A DNA stretch of 64,000 nucleotides from a virus. Below, piece by piece: positions 17,581 to 27,746 of this stretch (position 1 is the first letter of the stretch; the number at the start of each line of letters is the position of its first letter). The position numbers and the translations under genes are program-made. The stretch is from positions 60,120-124,119 of IMG/VR virus record IMGVR_UViG_3300035698_016128; one strand, written 5' to 3'. The notes under the pieces are model-generated. The model saw only the letters and a program-made list of their open reading frames with translations, did not search any database and was not told where the DNA came from.

Positions 17581-17968
17581 ACCTAACAAAGTCGCACCCG
17601 ACCCTATATATATATCGTATTACATCCATAGACATCGTTTATCGCACCCTTTTGCTCAGTTATATGTACTCTAGGAAAACTTTTACCCACCTCTATACCA
17701 TCGTAGTTGCATCTACCTAGTCTATTCAGGTACTTACGCCACTTAACGAGTGGGTAAAGAGTTTCACATAATAAGTAATACCTTACCCAATACGACATCG
17801 CAATAGTATCTTTCAACACCACTTAGAGTATTTACCTATGCTAACGACTCACCTTTCAACACCCTTTTTAATCTTTTAATACAATTTATTGTCTAAAAAT
17901 ACATATTCTTGTATCCAACTAATCTTTTTTACACTCTACAAGTCTTTGTAATTGTCTTTCCTTAACGA

Positions 17969-17984
17969 TGGCACATGTTTTGCA
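17969..17984 (+). promoter_or_regulatory. sigma54 promoter (divergent partner of 17565)
   Basis: TGGCACATGTTTTGCA. Confidence 0.85.
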
Positions 17985-18040
17985 CCTACTACCTTATAAC
18001 AACACACACGTACAAGGCGAGTTCAGAAAGGAAAGATGAT

Positions 18041-18352
18041 ATGCCTGAGAAAGATTTGGTAGTTGACCTTGTTGTCGTATACCACATAAACTCTGTGTTC
18101 AATGAGGACGGAGAAGAAGGGTTATCGAGGGTAGCTGAATGGATTGGCAAAACCAAGCTTAACCCGAAGACAATGTTCAGCATCTCATCCAGCATGTTCA
18201 GCAAGCACACAGCTCAGCTCTCCATACGGGGTACAATCAAAGAGTCTAAGTTGCAACGCTTCACCGATATAATTCTCAATGCTCGGTGCTTCGGCACTAC
18301 CACTGACGCTCGTTGGCGGTATGCCAACACATCCGAATGGAATGACCTGTAA
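18041..18352 (+). CDS. hypothetical protein
   Basis: AAAGGA RBS before MPEKDL. Confidence 0.6.
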   Translation: MPEKDLVVDLVVVYHINSVFNEDGEEGLSRVAEWIGKTKLNPKTMFSISSSMFSKHTAQLSIRGTIKESKLQRFTDIILNARCFGTTTDARWRYANTSEWNDL

Positions 18353-18362
18353 AGGAGCCGAT

Positions 18363-18554
18363 ATGCCAAAGCTTGAGTTCAATCTTGATGAGGTAGGCAC
18401 AATCATATCGTTGGTGAGCAGGAATCTGTATGGCATTGACGATAGTAATGTCCGTGAGAAGCAACGGAGTGAAGATATTCTTCGCAAGATAAGCAAAGTA
18501 ATCAGCAAACCCATAAAGAAAGGATGTGAACCATGCCAATCATCACCGAAGTAA
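18363..18554 (+). CDS. hypothetical protein
   Basis: AAGGAG RBS before MPKLEF. Confidence 0.55.
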   Translation: MPKLEFNLDEVGTIISLVSRNLYGIDDSNVREKQRSEDILRKISKVISKPIKKGCEPCQSSPK

Positions 18555-18814
18555 CCGACGCAATCATGAAGATGAGCATTGAAGATCTCATGGCTGTGCG
18601 CAAATGCGTGACGCACAGACACGAAGCTCTCTCGAACGAGAAACGTTATTCCTTCCGAAGCGGTACACGTGTCGAATGGGTTGGCCCGAAGTCCGGTTAC
18701 AACAAAGGCACCATCAAGAGGCGCAACCCCAAGACCGCTACCATCGACGCTGACGGAAACGGCGAATGGCGTGTCCCCTACCACATGCTCACCGCTATCG
18801 GCGCAGAGGCGTAA
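18533..18814 (+). CDS. small SH3-like beta protein
   Basis: FRSGTRVEW...GTIKRRNPKTATI...WRVPY. Confidence 0.6.
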   Translation: MPIITEVTDAIMKMSIEDLMAVRKCVTHRHEALSNEKRYSFRSGTRVEWVGPKSGYNKGTIKRRNPKTATIDADGNGEWRVPYHMLTAIGAEA

Positions 18815-18820
18815 TCATGG

Positions 18821-19297
18821 GTGACGGATAGCAAGGAAATTCATGTGAAAAAATGGATGCGCAAGGGCATCAACGCCCTACAAGCAAGCTCTTGCCGTGT
18901 ATGGGAATTCGACATTGGTGAGGTCCCCATAAAGCGGTACGCTACACCGGACTCGTTCACTACGAAGGAAGCACGGCTAGATTTGTGGATGGGCAACATG
19001 ATGTGGCAACTCAAAGATCACCACGGCACGAAGATCAACGGAGAACAAGCACGACAGATCATGTTTGAGTATATGTCGTCAGAATTTTACGAGAAAGTTA
19101 ATGCCAAGTTCCATCGTAAGAAGGTGGTACCCAAGGAGAAACCGAGGCTGACCTCTAAGGATGTTGGCTGGCTTGCGGAGACAGCACCACCTCCACCCGA
19201 AGATAAAACCACACCACTACGTAGACCAGTACATAAACCAAATCGCAAACCTGTTCGTAAGCCTACAAGAGTACCAATGAGGAAGGCCATCGAATGA
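18821..19297 (+). CDS. hypothetical protein with Pro/Lys/Arg tail
   Basis: 158 aa. Confidence 0.6.
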   Translation: MTDSKEIHVKKWMRKGINALQASSCRVWEFDIGEVPIKRYATPDSFTTKEARLDLWMGNMMWQLKDHHGTKINGEQARQIMFEYMSSEFYEKVNAKFHRKKVVPKEKPRLTSKDVGWLAETAPPPPEDKTTPLRRPVHKPNRKPVRKPTRVPMRKAIE

Positions 19298-19402
19298 CGA
19301 GTGAGAAAACTTTTACTATCTACTGGAAACAATGTACCGCTTATGGTATGCAGGTTGCCCATCTAACGGGCCTTAGACGCCATCTAAGGCGTCTGAACGT
19401 AT

Positions 19403-19418
19403 TGGCATGGGCATTGCA
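19403..19418 (+). promoter_or_regulatory. sigma54 promoter
   Basis: TGGCATGGGCATTGCA. Confidence 0.8.
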
Positions 19419-19458
19419 CTAAATACTAATAAAAAGGGCGCACACAGGGGGAAACGAT

Positions 19459-19659
19459 ATGTTTTGGGTTAATTTTTACGACTGGTTCCTTATCTCATTC
19501 GGCACAGAAGTTTACGGTGTCGGTAATGACACCACTCTTTACTTCCTTGACAGCATCGATGAAGAATGTCTCGGTGAATTTGCCGACCTGTATATGACAT
19601 ACACCGGATATAGCGCTGAAGAATGTGTAGACGAATTCATTGGAGTGCAAAATGGCTAA
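19459..19659 (+). CDS. hypothetical acidic protein
   Basis: AGGGGG RBS. Confidence 0.55.
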   Translation: MFWVNFYDWFLISFGTEVYGVGNDTTLYFLDSIDEECLGEFADLYMTYTGYSAEECVDEFIGVQNG

Positions 19660-20380
19660 GGGAAGCGACAGGGTATTTCTTCGTGCCGAAGCACTTGATA
19701 TCTTCGATGAAGTGCATGGCGCATTAACCGCAGACGGCATGGTCGTTAAGGCTACGGCTTGTGGTTCGATCAGGCGTGGCAAGATGATGGTCAACGACCT
19801 TGATGTGGTTGTGGTATCGTGCTATGATAATGCCACACCCATCTGGGAGACGATAGCCACAAACCTGTGGGAACCTACCGAACGGCTTACCTGTGGCCCA
19901 GTCGAATTCAAGTTCAAATACAAGGGACTTCAAATTGATCTGAGAAATTTCCTTCCCGAACAAGAAGGAGCCGGACTACTGTTCAGTACAGGCAATGCCA
20001 TGTTCAACATCTCAATGCGCAGTAGGGCTAAGGTGGTCGGCGACAAGAGGGGCGAAACCTTCAAGCTTAACAGGTACGGCGTCCAATTAATCAAAGGTGG
20101 CATTGACGAGAACGTCACCTTTGGCTTCAGCGAGTCAGGTATATTCGGCTTCCTCGGTATGCCATTCGTTGAACCTGCCGACAGAAGCTTGGCTGAATAC
20201 GAAATGCACAGAGCCGACTCACACTCCATACCAATTGAAAACAGCAAAGGAACTGGAGTCTACAATGTGGTGCTGTCTGGGGGCAAGCTCTCCTGTCCGT
20301 GTAAAGGCTTCACATTCCGAGGTAAGTGCCGTCATGTAACCGAGGCACGTGCAATGGTCGATAACATACCCGAAGGGTGA
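19652..20380 (+). CDS. compact family X DNA polymerase with C-terminal SWIM Zn finger
   Basis: CGSIRRGK...NDLDVVV, QIDL, LLFSTGNAMFNISMRSRA, LNRYG, SESGIFGFLGMPFVEP; SCPCKGF...CRH. Confidence 0.8.
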   Translation: MAKGSDRVFLRAEALDIFDEVHGALTADGMVVKATACGSIRRGKMMVNDLDVVVVSCYDNATPIWETIATNLWEPTERLTCGPVEFKFKYKGLQIDLRNFLPEQEGAGLLFSTGNAMFNISMRSRAKVVGDKRGETFKLNRYGVQLIKGGIDENVTFGFSESGIFGFLGMPFVEPADRSLAEYEMHRADSHSIPIENSKGTGVYNVVLSGGKLSCPCKGFTFRGKCRHVTEARAMVDNIPEG

Positions 20381-20383
20381 GAC

Positions 20384-20824
20384 ATGGACGATAGGAAAGA
20401 AAAGATATTAGATAGAATGAAGAAGCAGGGCAAGCCACAAGATGATACGCTTGTGTCGAAGGAAGACCTTGTGATGTGGTACTCAACAGCAATCGAACAT
20501 GTGCTACGGTCTAACCAAGATATGTTGGCAAGCATAGCAGAAAGACTTGCCAAGCAGTACCCTAATATCTTCTGCGAACTGGCTGAGTATGACGATGAGG
20601 AAGAGAGCGAGAACAACGAAGTATTTAATCTAACTGATGCGGTCAGCCAAGAAGTTGCATCTCATCTTAGACGTGGCGAAAGTGAAAATGTAATAACTAT
20701 CCTCATGAGGTTAGGTCGCACGAGAGATGAAGCAATAAAATTTATGGAGAAATATACAGGCAGAATGTTAAGAGGATATGTTGGCCCAAAGAAAACAAAG
20801 GAAGATGAAAACATTCCATTTTAA
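20384..20824 (+). CDS. hypothetical protein
   Basis: 146 aa. Confidence 0.6.
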   Translation: MDDRKEKILDRMKKQGKPQDDTLVSKEDLVMWYSTAIEHVLRSNQDMLASIAERLAKQYPNIFCELAEYDDEEESENNEVFNLTDAVSQEVASHLRRGESENVITILMRLGRTRDEAIKFMEKYTGRMLRGYVGPKKTKEDENIPF

Positions 20825-20833
20825 GGAGATGAT

Positions 20834-21079
20834 ATGCCTACCAAGGCGAAGCAAAGAGATTACATAGAAGATGAGGCAGTGCCATGTATAGTGATCGGGT
20901 ATGACTTCGCATGCCGAGAGGAGAGAACCTTTCCCGAATGGTACGACAGCACTCAGCCCGACATGCTTGATGCCTTCTTCTTCAACACAATCTTGATCGA
21001 CCCAAATGATAACTCGAAGTATTACATCGTACAGTCAATTGACATGGAGTTTAAAACCACCAACGAACAAGGAGAATGA
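20834..21079 (+). CDS. hypothetical protein
   Basis: AAGGAG RBS. Confidence 0.55.
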   Translation: MPTKAKQRDYIEDEAVPCIVIGYDFACREERTFPEWYDSTQPDMLDAFFFNTILIDPNDNSKYYIVQSIDMEFKTTNEQGE

Positions 21080-21082
21080 ATC

Positions 21083-21355
21083 ATGGGACAAGGTTATGAT
21101 CCGAAGCAGAACAAAGTGTTGAAGGAAGTCGAAGCAGGTGAAAGCCTCTTCATCACCGTGAACTCCTACAAGGATGGCGAACCCAAGATCCAGATCGCCC
21201 GCACCTACCTCAAGAAGGATGAGACACGCGGGTACGGCAAAACAGGTCGGCTCACCGTCACGGAATACGAAGACCTGTGCGGGGCCATGGAGGAAGTGCT
21301 TGACGGGATCGAACGCACCCCGGCTCCCAAGAAAAAGAAGAAGAAGGGCAAGTGA
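21083..21355 (+). CDS. PC4-like ssDNA-binding / transcription-coactivator-fold protein
   Basis: YDP...ITVNSYKDGEPKIQIAR...KTGRLT pattern; poly-Lys tail. Confidence 0.55.
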   Translation: MGQGYDPKQNKVLKEVEAGESLFITVNSYKDGEPKIQIARTYLKKDETRGYGKTGRLTVTEYEDLCGAMEEVLDGIERTPAPKKKKKKGK

Positions 21356-21460
21356 TGTACTCGGTGCTAGATAGGGAAAAATGCTTCCACTCTATGGTAA
21401 GTAATTGCCCTATCAAAGCGCCGAAGATGTACAATACAGCATCTATAGACGGTTTCCGAG

Positions 21461-21476
21461 TGGCATGCTGTTTGCA
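21461..21476 (+). promoter_or_regulatory. sigma54 promoter
   Basis: TGGCATGCTGTTTGCA. Confidence 0.85.
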
Positions 21477-21517
21477 TTACTTAATGGTACACGCACAGCA
21501 CCAGAAAGGATAAGCAA

Positions 21518-21871
21518 ATGAATTGTGATAGAAGCGGGGCCACTCCGGTAACGAACCCGGCGCTCCTAGGAATATGGGAACAAATCCAGAATGAAGATGA
21601 ACAAAGAACCAAGGAAGAGAAAACGGAAACTGACATACTCAAACCAATCTTCATGGAATACATCTTAGCAATACAAATCAGCGAAGATCGCACATGTGTT
21701 TCGCTTGCCTTTGCTACATTAATCGGGGCCATGCGCAGTCTAATCGCACCACCATTACGTAATAGGGTAGCGAGCGTCGTAACAAGCGATAGAGCATATC
21801 AGGCTATGGTAGCCACACTCGACAACACCCAATGCAAGGAGAACAGAGATGGCGAGCAAGAAGAAGGGTAA
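21518..21871 (+). CDS. hypothetical protein
   Basis: AAAGGA RBS. Confidence 0.55.
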   Translation: MNCDRSGATPVTNPALLGIWEQIQNEDEQRTKEEKTETDILKPIFMEYILAIQISEDRTCVSLAFATLIGAMRSLIAPPLRNRVASVVTSDRAYQAMVATLDNTQCKENRDGEQEEG

Positions 21872-22493
21872 GAAGAACTCAGTCTCCGGTACCAAGAAGG
21901 AGCTGAAGAAGAAGCTGTCGAAGCCCCAGGACATCAGCCTCAAGAAGAGCGCACCCGAAACGAAGCCGGAGAAGGCTCCGAAGGGCGAGCCGGGAACCAA
22001 GCGGATTCCACTCAGGAAGGTGAAGGCCAGCGATACGGCTTCCTTCCGCGACCGTGCCTACAACGGACCCAACGTGGTCAGGCGCACCGTTGGCTCCACC
22101 CTCGAAGGCAAGGCCCGCGAGAAGTTGGAAAACACGGTGTTCATGGAGGAACTGCGCAATCGTTTCGCCGACGCAAAGCGGTGCATCATGACCTGTGCCG
22201 ACAATGCGAACGGCCTGATCTGGCGCTTCTTCCTCGTGGGAACTGACAAGAACATCCGGTTCTGCACCGACGCCACCTTCTCCAAGGGCATTGGCATGGG
22301 CAACCCGACGTGGACCGGCAAGAAGAAGACCACTGGTGGCTTCGGCTGTGTCGACTACGTTTCGGGCGACGGCGTGATTCCCCAGAGGAACAAGCCGGAG
22401 AGCTACCGTTACATCCCGTCAACGGAAGCGAACCTCGAAGGCGTGACGGAATTCATGGAGGCAATGGGGTTCGAGCGCATTGTGGCCGACTGA
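21849..22493 (+). CDS. Lys-rich early protein, possible remote member of the paralog A/B family
   Basis: AYNG...R.V...GK, NGLIWRFF, GKKKTTGGFG resemble A/B motifs; GC3-rich codon usage. Confidence 0.7.
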   Translation: MASKKKGKKNSVSGTKKELKKKLSKPQDISLKKSAPETKPEKAPKGEPGTKRIPLRKVKASDTASFRDRAYNGPNVVRRTVGSTLEGKAREKLENTVFMEELRNRFADAKRCIMTCADNANGLIWRFFLVGTDKNIRFCTDATFSKGIGMGNPTWTGKKKTTGGFGCVDYVSGDGVIPQRNKPESYRYIPSTEANLEGVTEFMEAMGFERIVAD

Positions 22494-22529
22494 CAACCCA
22501 AACACCCAACATACACGGAGGGCAAGGTA

Positions 22530-22955
22530 ATGGCAGGAGAAAAGAGATTCGTCCCCATTGATTTGATCGAAGAAGAATGGGAAACCGTGAACATCGGCAT
22601 GACCAAGCACATGGGTTGTATCACGACCCCCACCATTTTCTGGACGAAAAGCAAGAGAAACAGGTACAGCCTCACGCTCATGGGCGACCTTCCGTTCCAG
22701 ACGGGCGAAATGGTCACCTTCAGGGTGAAGAGAGCCCCGGCTGACGGCAAGGCTGTCGCCATTATGATCACACCGGGAGACGGTGTACACGAGAAACGGC
22801 TGACGCTCAACACAACCGACCGCAATTCGCGGACCCGCAAGCACAGAATCTCGTGCAAGGAATTGTGGGAGGCGACCCGACCCCCCGCTGGCCTTCGCAT
22901 TGAAGGAGTTTCTGGCCTGACCGGGGAAAACCCCACCATCATCTTCATGTTGTAA
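22530..22955 (+). CDS. hypothetical beta-rich protein
   Basis: 141 aa; GC3-rich. Confidence 0.65.
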   Translation: MAGEKRFVPIDLIEEEWETVNIGMTKHMGCITTPTIFWTKSKRNRYSLTLMGDLPFQTGEMVTFRVKRAPADGKAVAIMITPGDGVHEKRLTLNTTDRNSRTRKHRISCKELWEATRPPAGLRIEGVSGLTGENPTIIFML

Positions 22956-23011
22956 GCATCTGTGGGTATTCTCACGAATACCCACGGACCTTAACACATG
23001 AGGAGGGAAGA

Positions 23012-23248
23012 ATGTCTAAGCCAAAATTTACGATGAGAAAATACATGGGTGATGATAAACTCTCATGGGCTGTGTTCAAGGACGGCAGAGCATACATAAC
23101 AGGGCTGTCAAGGAACATGGCCTCTTACTACAAGAAGCAAGAGGAAGCAAAGTACGACGCGCCCATACAGAGGAAGCCACACGCAAGGGCTACCGAAATC
23201 CATAAGGATAAAACAAAATATGACCGCAAGAGAAAAGATCGTAGTTAG
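23012..23248 (+). CDS. hypothetical protein
   Basis: GAGGAGGG RBS. Confidence 0.6.
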   Translation: MSKPKFTMRKYMGDDKLSWAVFKDGRAYITGLSRNMASYYKKQEEAKYDAPIQRKPHARATEIHKDKTKYDRKRKDRS

Positions 23249-23972
23249 TGATCTCTCTATTGAGGTAACTCGCCGATGTAACCTACACTGCGAGCACTGC
23301 CTTCGTGGACCGGCTCAGTACAGAAGCATATCTGACGATATACTGCGCAAGCTGTTCAAACAACTGGACAGTGTCATATCGCTAACAATCACCGGAGGCG
23401 AACCAAGCCTCGTGCCCTCCCGCATAGCAAAGGTACTCCACTTCGCCAAACTCTACAAGGTAACCATAGAGAACTTCTTCATATCCACAAACGGAGTAGA
23501 AACAAAGCAGACTCCCAAGTTTATAACAGAGGTAATGAATCTCTGGCAGTACTGTGACGACAACGAGTACAGCGGTATACAAATAAGCGACACAGAGTTT
23601 CACAAGTGGGAACATGATGAAGAAATAGACTTCAGTAGACACCCGTTAAACATCTTCAAAAACACCACGCTACGTGGTGAGTACGGAAACCTTAACGACA
23701 GCAGGTACCCCGTCCTCATTGATCAGGGACGTGCTTCGGAAAGCTCATGGCCCACACGTAAGAACAGTGTTGCAGAGCTTGAGTTAGAAGAGTATGCCGA
23801 CACTGTCAATGTAGCTGGCGACAGCCTGTACATCAACGTCAAGGGACAACTAATAGAGGGATGTGATTGGTCGTATGAAAGCCAGAACAAGAGAGCATTC
23901 GGCACTCTACATGACGGTCTTATAATCGAACAACTCTTAAAAATAATTAAAGAAAGAGAAGTGAAAGACTAA
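23220..23972 (+). CDS. radical SAM protein
   Basis: EVTRRCNLHCEHC (CxxxCxxC), ITGGEP, ISTNG. Confidence 0.9.
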   Translation: MTAREKIVVSDLSIEVTRRCNLHCEHCLRGPAQYRSISDDILRKLFKQLDSVISLTITGGEPSLVPSRIAKVLHFAKLYKVTIENFFISTNGVETKQTPKFITEVMNLWQYCDDNEYSGIQISDTEFHKWEHDEEIDFSRHPLNIFKNTTLRGEYGNLNDSRYPVLIDQGRASESSWPTRKNSVAELELEEYADTVNVAGDSLYINVKGQLIEGCDWSYESQNKRAFGTLHDGLIIEQLLKIIKEREVKD

Positions 23973-23976
23973 GAAA

Positions 23977-26818
23977 ATGCTTGACCACGATTTGACCCCC
24001 TTGTATCATATAAGTATGGGAAAAACCACACTGAAAGGAGTTGAGATGAAAGGCGCAGGTCAGGCACTTAAGAAGATTCTACAGGAAGAAGAACATTTAT
24101 CTCAGTTCGTTGCAAGAAGGAAGGAGAACGAAGCCAGAGTCAAGGCTCGCCAAGCCAGGGAGATTGCTAAAAGGGCAGCAGATCCCGTGAAAACCATGTG
24201 GTCCATATTCGTGATCGCCGCAAGAAGGTCGGCAATCGAAATGAAGGCGCATGATGAATTCTGGCAGAAAGATGAACACTATGATTTGATCAAGGAGATT
24301 CATGATGCCGACCGTAAGTGAGTGGCGACAAAAACTGAAGAAGCCAGCACCGGCTCCGGCCCCCACTGAAGACGATGAAGATGGTGGGTACAATGCGCTT
24401 GATCCCCCGCCGGATGAAGTTGTATTCGATCACACCGCCAACATAGTGCCTCTGATCAAGCGTGACCCCAGTAAGATCCGTGATAAAATCATCGGCAAGT
24501 TCTCACTCAAGACAGCACACAAAGCAACACCTCCACCGCCAGCCTTACCGGAAGACACCGAAGAACATCACGCAGGGTTCAGTCCAACCCAGACAGAAGC
24601 GTATGCCTACGTAACAAGGCGAGTAGTTGATTATGCCGACCGCAACGCCTTCTTCGGGTCAATCCATGAGAAGTACCGCAAGTATGGTCGGTTCACGCCA
24701 AGGCAACTAGAGGCCGTTGCTAAGGCAATGCTCCGTGAGCCGATAGCAACCATCGGGCCACGGCTATTACTCGTCAAAAGCTTTAACGAGATACTTAAAT
24801 ATCTCAATGATGAAGTACACCCCAACATCGGTACCAACAGCAAGAAACGACAGCATATGAATGAACTGGTCGGTGTCATTAAGAACAGCGAAGACTACAA
24901 CGGAAGTGTAACAGAGAAACAATTCCACTATGCAGTATACAGACTATATAAAATAGCACCACATTTCCTCAAGGGGATTGATACATCCAGGACAAGAGGT
25001 ATACCTGTTGGCTGGAAGGCGTGAGACTATGGATAAGAAAGAATTTATGGCTATCGTTGATACTATTTATTGGGCAGTCTATGGCAGTGGTTTTATCTAC
25101 ACAGTCGTTATAGGTTTTAATATTTAAAGGAGCCATGATGGAATCGGCCAAGCAAACAATTTTGCAACGCATGGAGCGCAACAGCACATACGGGTTGCAA
25201 AAAGAGTCCGAAGGTTTGCGTAAGGAAATGGCAATCAAACAGATTAACATCAACACCCTCAAAGATCTTAACGAAGTACAAAAAGTTAAGATGAAAGAAC
25301 AAGAACGTAAAATAATCTCACTCGCATCACAGCTTGAGTCAATAGCCGAACACAGTCGCGCCAAAGATAATGTCAATGTTTATTTGCAGACAGTAAGCAT
25401 TGAAGCTGAAACGCAGGAGCAACACATTCTAGATAAACTACTCATGCCATTGGGTCTGACCCACAGAACAAAGGCGCTCGCGATATTCTTCAGGCATAAA
25501 GGAAAGATCCCTCAACATATCCACAAGGTTCAATATCACCGTGACTCTCGCACAAACGCTTGGGTAAAGAGCCCTATACTTCACAACCTTGCATTCATCT
25601 ACAATTTGGCTGACGAGATGGGGGAAAGAAATCAATTGGCCTTTGCCCTGATGATCTACAATAGGATGCTGAATGGCTCGCCAATGTCAGGTGCATATAT
25701 AGACTTTACTTTAAGACCTGAAACAACAGAACAAAGGGAAAAGATTATAAAGATGTGGGATGCTATACGCCCTCCTACATTTAAGAAATGGCGCACAGCA
25801 GGGAATATCATCGTGAAGCACTTCGAAGACATAGAGAAGAGGAAGGCAAAAAAGAAAGCTAAAGGGATGATGAAATAATGACAACGAAGGATAAAATCTT
25901 AAATAGAATGAATGACCAAGGAGTTACCAAACTCCAAAAGGAAATAAGTGATACTAGGTCCCAGCTTAATAGTGAATTGAATGATCTTAGGTACCATCTT
26001 ATAACTGTTAAAGATAGTAGAACTGCTATGCGAAAAGATCTTGACAACCAAACGTCCCGTATAGGTAGTCTATCTACATTGGTGACTGATCTTCAATTCA
26101 GGCTTGTAGAAGAAGAGAGTACAGTGCGCTCGCTCACAAAAGAGAATGAAGAATTGAAGCACGACCTTAAAGAATTGAGAGGTTAAGCAAATGAATTCAT
26201 ACAAATCTAGAACAGACTTTGAGGAAGAAGCCAAGGCTCTCAAGGAAGCAAACGAAAAGCTATCGTATGAGAATGGACAGCTTACTGAGAAGGTAGGCCG
26301 ACTCGAAGATGAAATTGAAGGCGGTATATCTGAACATGAACTCACTGATGAACTCGCAACACACCACAGGACCTTGCTCAAGCTTCAGCGGTTCGTCGAG
26401 AAACTACCAATGAGACGACGTGACCAGCGCACAACGTTTGATCTATTCAGAGAGGTTTTAGGAGACTTCGAACAGGCTATAGAACTAGGCAATGTCGAAG
26501 AAGAAAGGGTGTACCGTATACTCAACGGAGAGAGGTGGGGAGATGGCTACAAACAGGTGTGGTAAGAGCGACAACGCCCATCATAAGAGGCCTTCGCTAT
26601 TGAGCGAGAAGGCAGGAACATCGCCATTCTTCCACCTTGAAGACTGGTGCACATATCACAGTGGCTCCTGCCAGGACAACTGCGGAACCAACATGCCACA
26701 CATGCGCCCTTGCATCCAGGCAGTCATGATCCACAAACGCAAGACAGAAATAGAAGAAAAGATAAGCTTCGATCAGTGGGTCGAAGAGTACGCCAGCGGC
26801 AATAGGAGCTTGATATGA
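23977..26818 (+). other. run of hypothetical CDSs (23977-24321, 24302-25024, 25135-25878, 25878-26186, 26191-26565, about 26543-26818)
   Basis: Contiguous or overlapping ORFs, several coiled-coil. Confidence 0.6.
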
Positions 26819-27021
26819 GATTTATCTTTGGCTTCAATGGTGATCATATTAATCTAAGACCATTTGATTCTCCAGGATCAACTTCATTTGAGAAGGCAAA
26901 GAAAGAAGCACTTGAATATCTCTCTTGCCATATCAAAACAATTGCCGACAAGACAAAACAGTTAAGAGAATTAACAGAAAAAGACTTTGTAGAAGGAAAG
27001 GTGAAGGTATTCAAGCTATGA
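26815..27021 (+). CDS. hypothetical protein
   Basis: Coupled ORF. Confidence 0.5.
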   Translation: MRFIFGFNGDHINLRPFDSPGSTSFEKAKKEALEYLSCHIKTIADKTKQLRELTEKDFVEGKVKVFKL

Positions 27022-27746
27022 ATCCATTTCGCGACAGTGAGGTATTTAAAGCTATCGGCGCTCATGGCATAGAGCCATACGAAAAAGGCAACATGAAGAT
27101 TGTCAAGCGCAAGCTGTTTGGCACAGTAGACGACTACCTGACAAAGCAAATCCATTTCGGGGAACATGACATCCCCATTCTAATCATAGACGGTGTGCTT
27201 TGGATGAGCCTTACCCCAATGGAGATTCAAAGCATGTGGGTACCGCTCGAGGAGGCCACAGGAACGGTCGCTACGGCAGGGCTTGGGCTTGGGTGGTTCG
27301 CACTCAGGGCCGCTCGTAAGACTAACGTGAAGCGTGTCATTGTGGCAGAACGTGATCGGCGTGTGATTGACTGGTTCACCAAAACATTCAAGGGTCGAAA
27401 AGGTTTCAATAAGATCGAAATAATTGAAGGTGACGCACGAACCATCTTCAACAAAGGCACCTACGATTTTATGTTTATGGACATTTATAGTTCCTTGTGC
27501 GGTGATGTCGCCATTACCGACTCAGCATTGTTCATGCGCAATAACGAGATAGAAAATTATAGATTTTGGGGGCTTGAAAGAGTTATCATATCAGCCCACA
27601 TAGAACATCGCATGCGCCCAACCATTAACGAATCGGAAAGGGAATTCGCCCGCATGTTCTTAAGGTCCAGGAAGGCACAACTATACGACCCTTTCTGGAA
27701 TAAAGACTTTGTAGGTGACGTACTCAAGGAGCTTGGAAGAATATGA
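27018..27746 (+). CDS. class I SAM-dependent transferase, spermidine-synthase-like
   Basis: VATAGLGLGW, VIVAERD, IIEGDA, FMFMDI. Confidence 0.8.
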   Translation: MNPFRDSEVFKAIGAHGIEPYEKGNMKIVKRKLFGTVDDYLTKQIHFGEHDIPILIIDGVLWMSLTPMEIQSMWVPLEEATGTVATAGLGLGWFALRAARKTNVKRVIVAERDRRVIDWFTKTFKGRKGFNKIEIIEGDARTIFNKGTYDFMFMDIYSSLCGDVAITDSALFMRNNEIENYRFWGLERVIISAHIEHRMRPTINESEREFARMFLRSRKAQLYDPFWNKDFVGDVLKELGRI

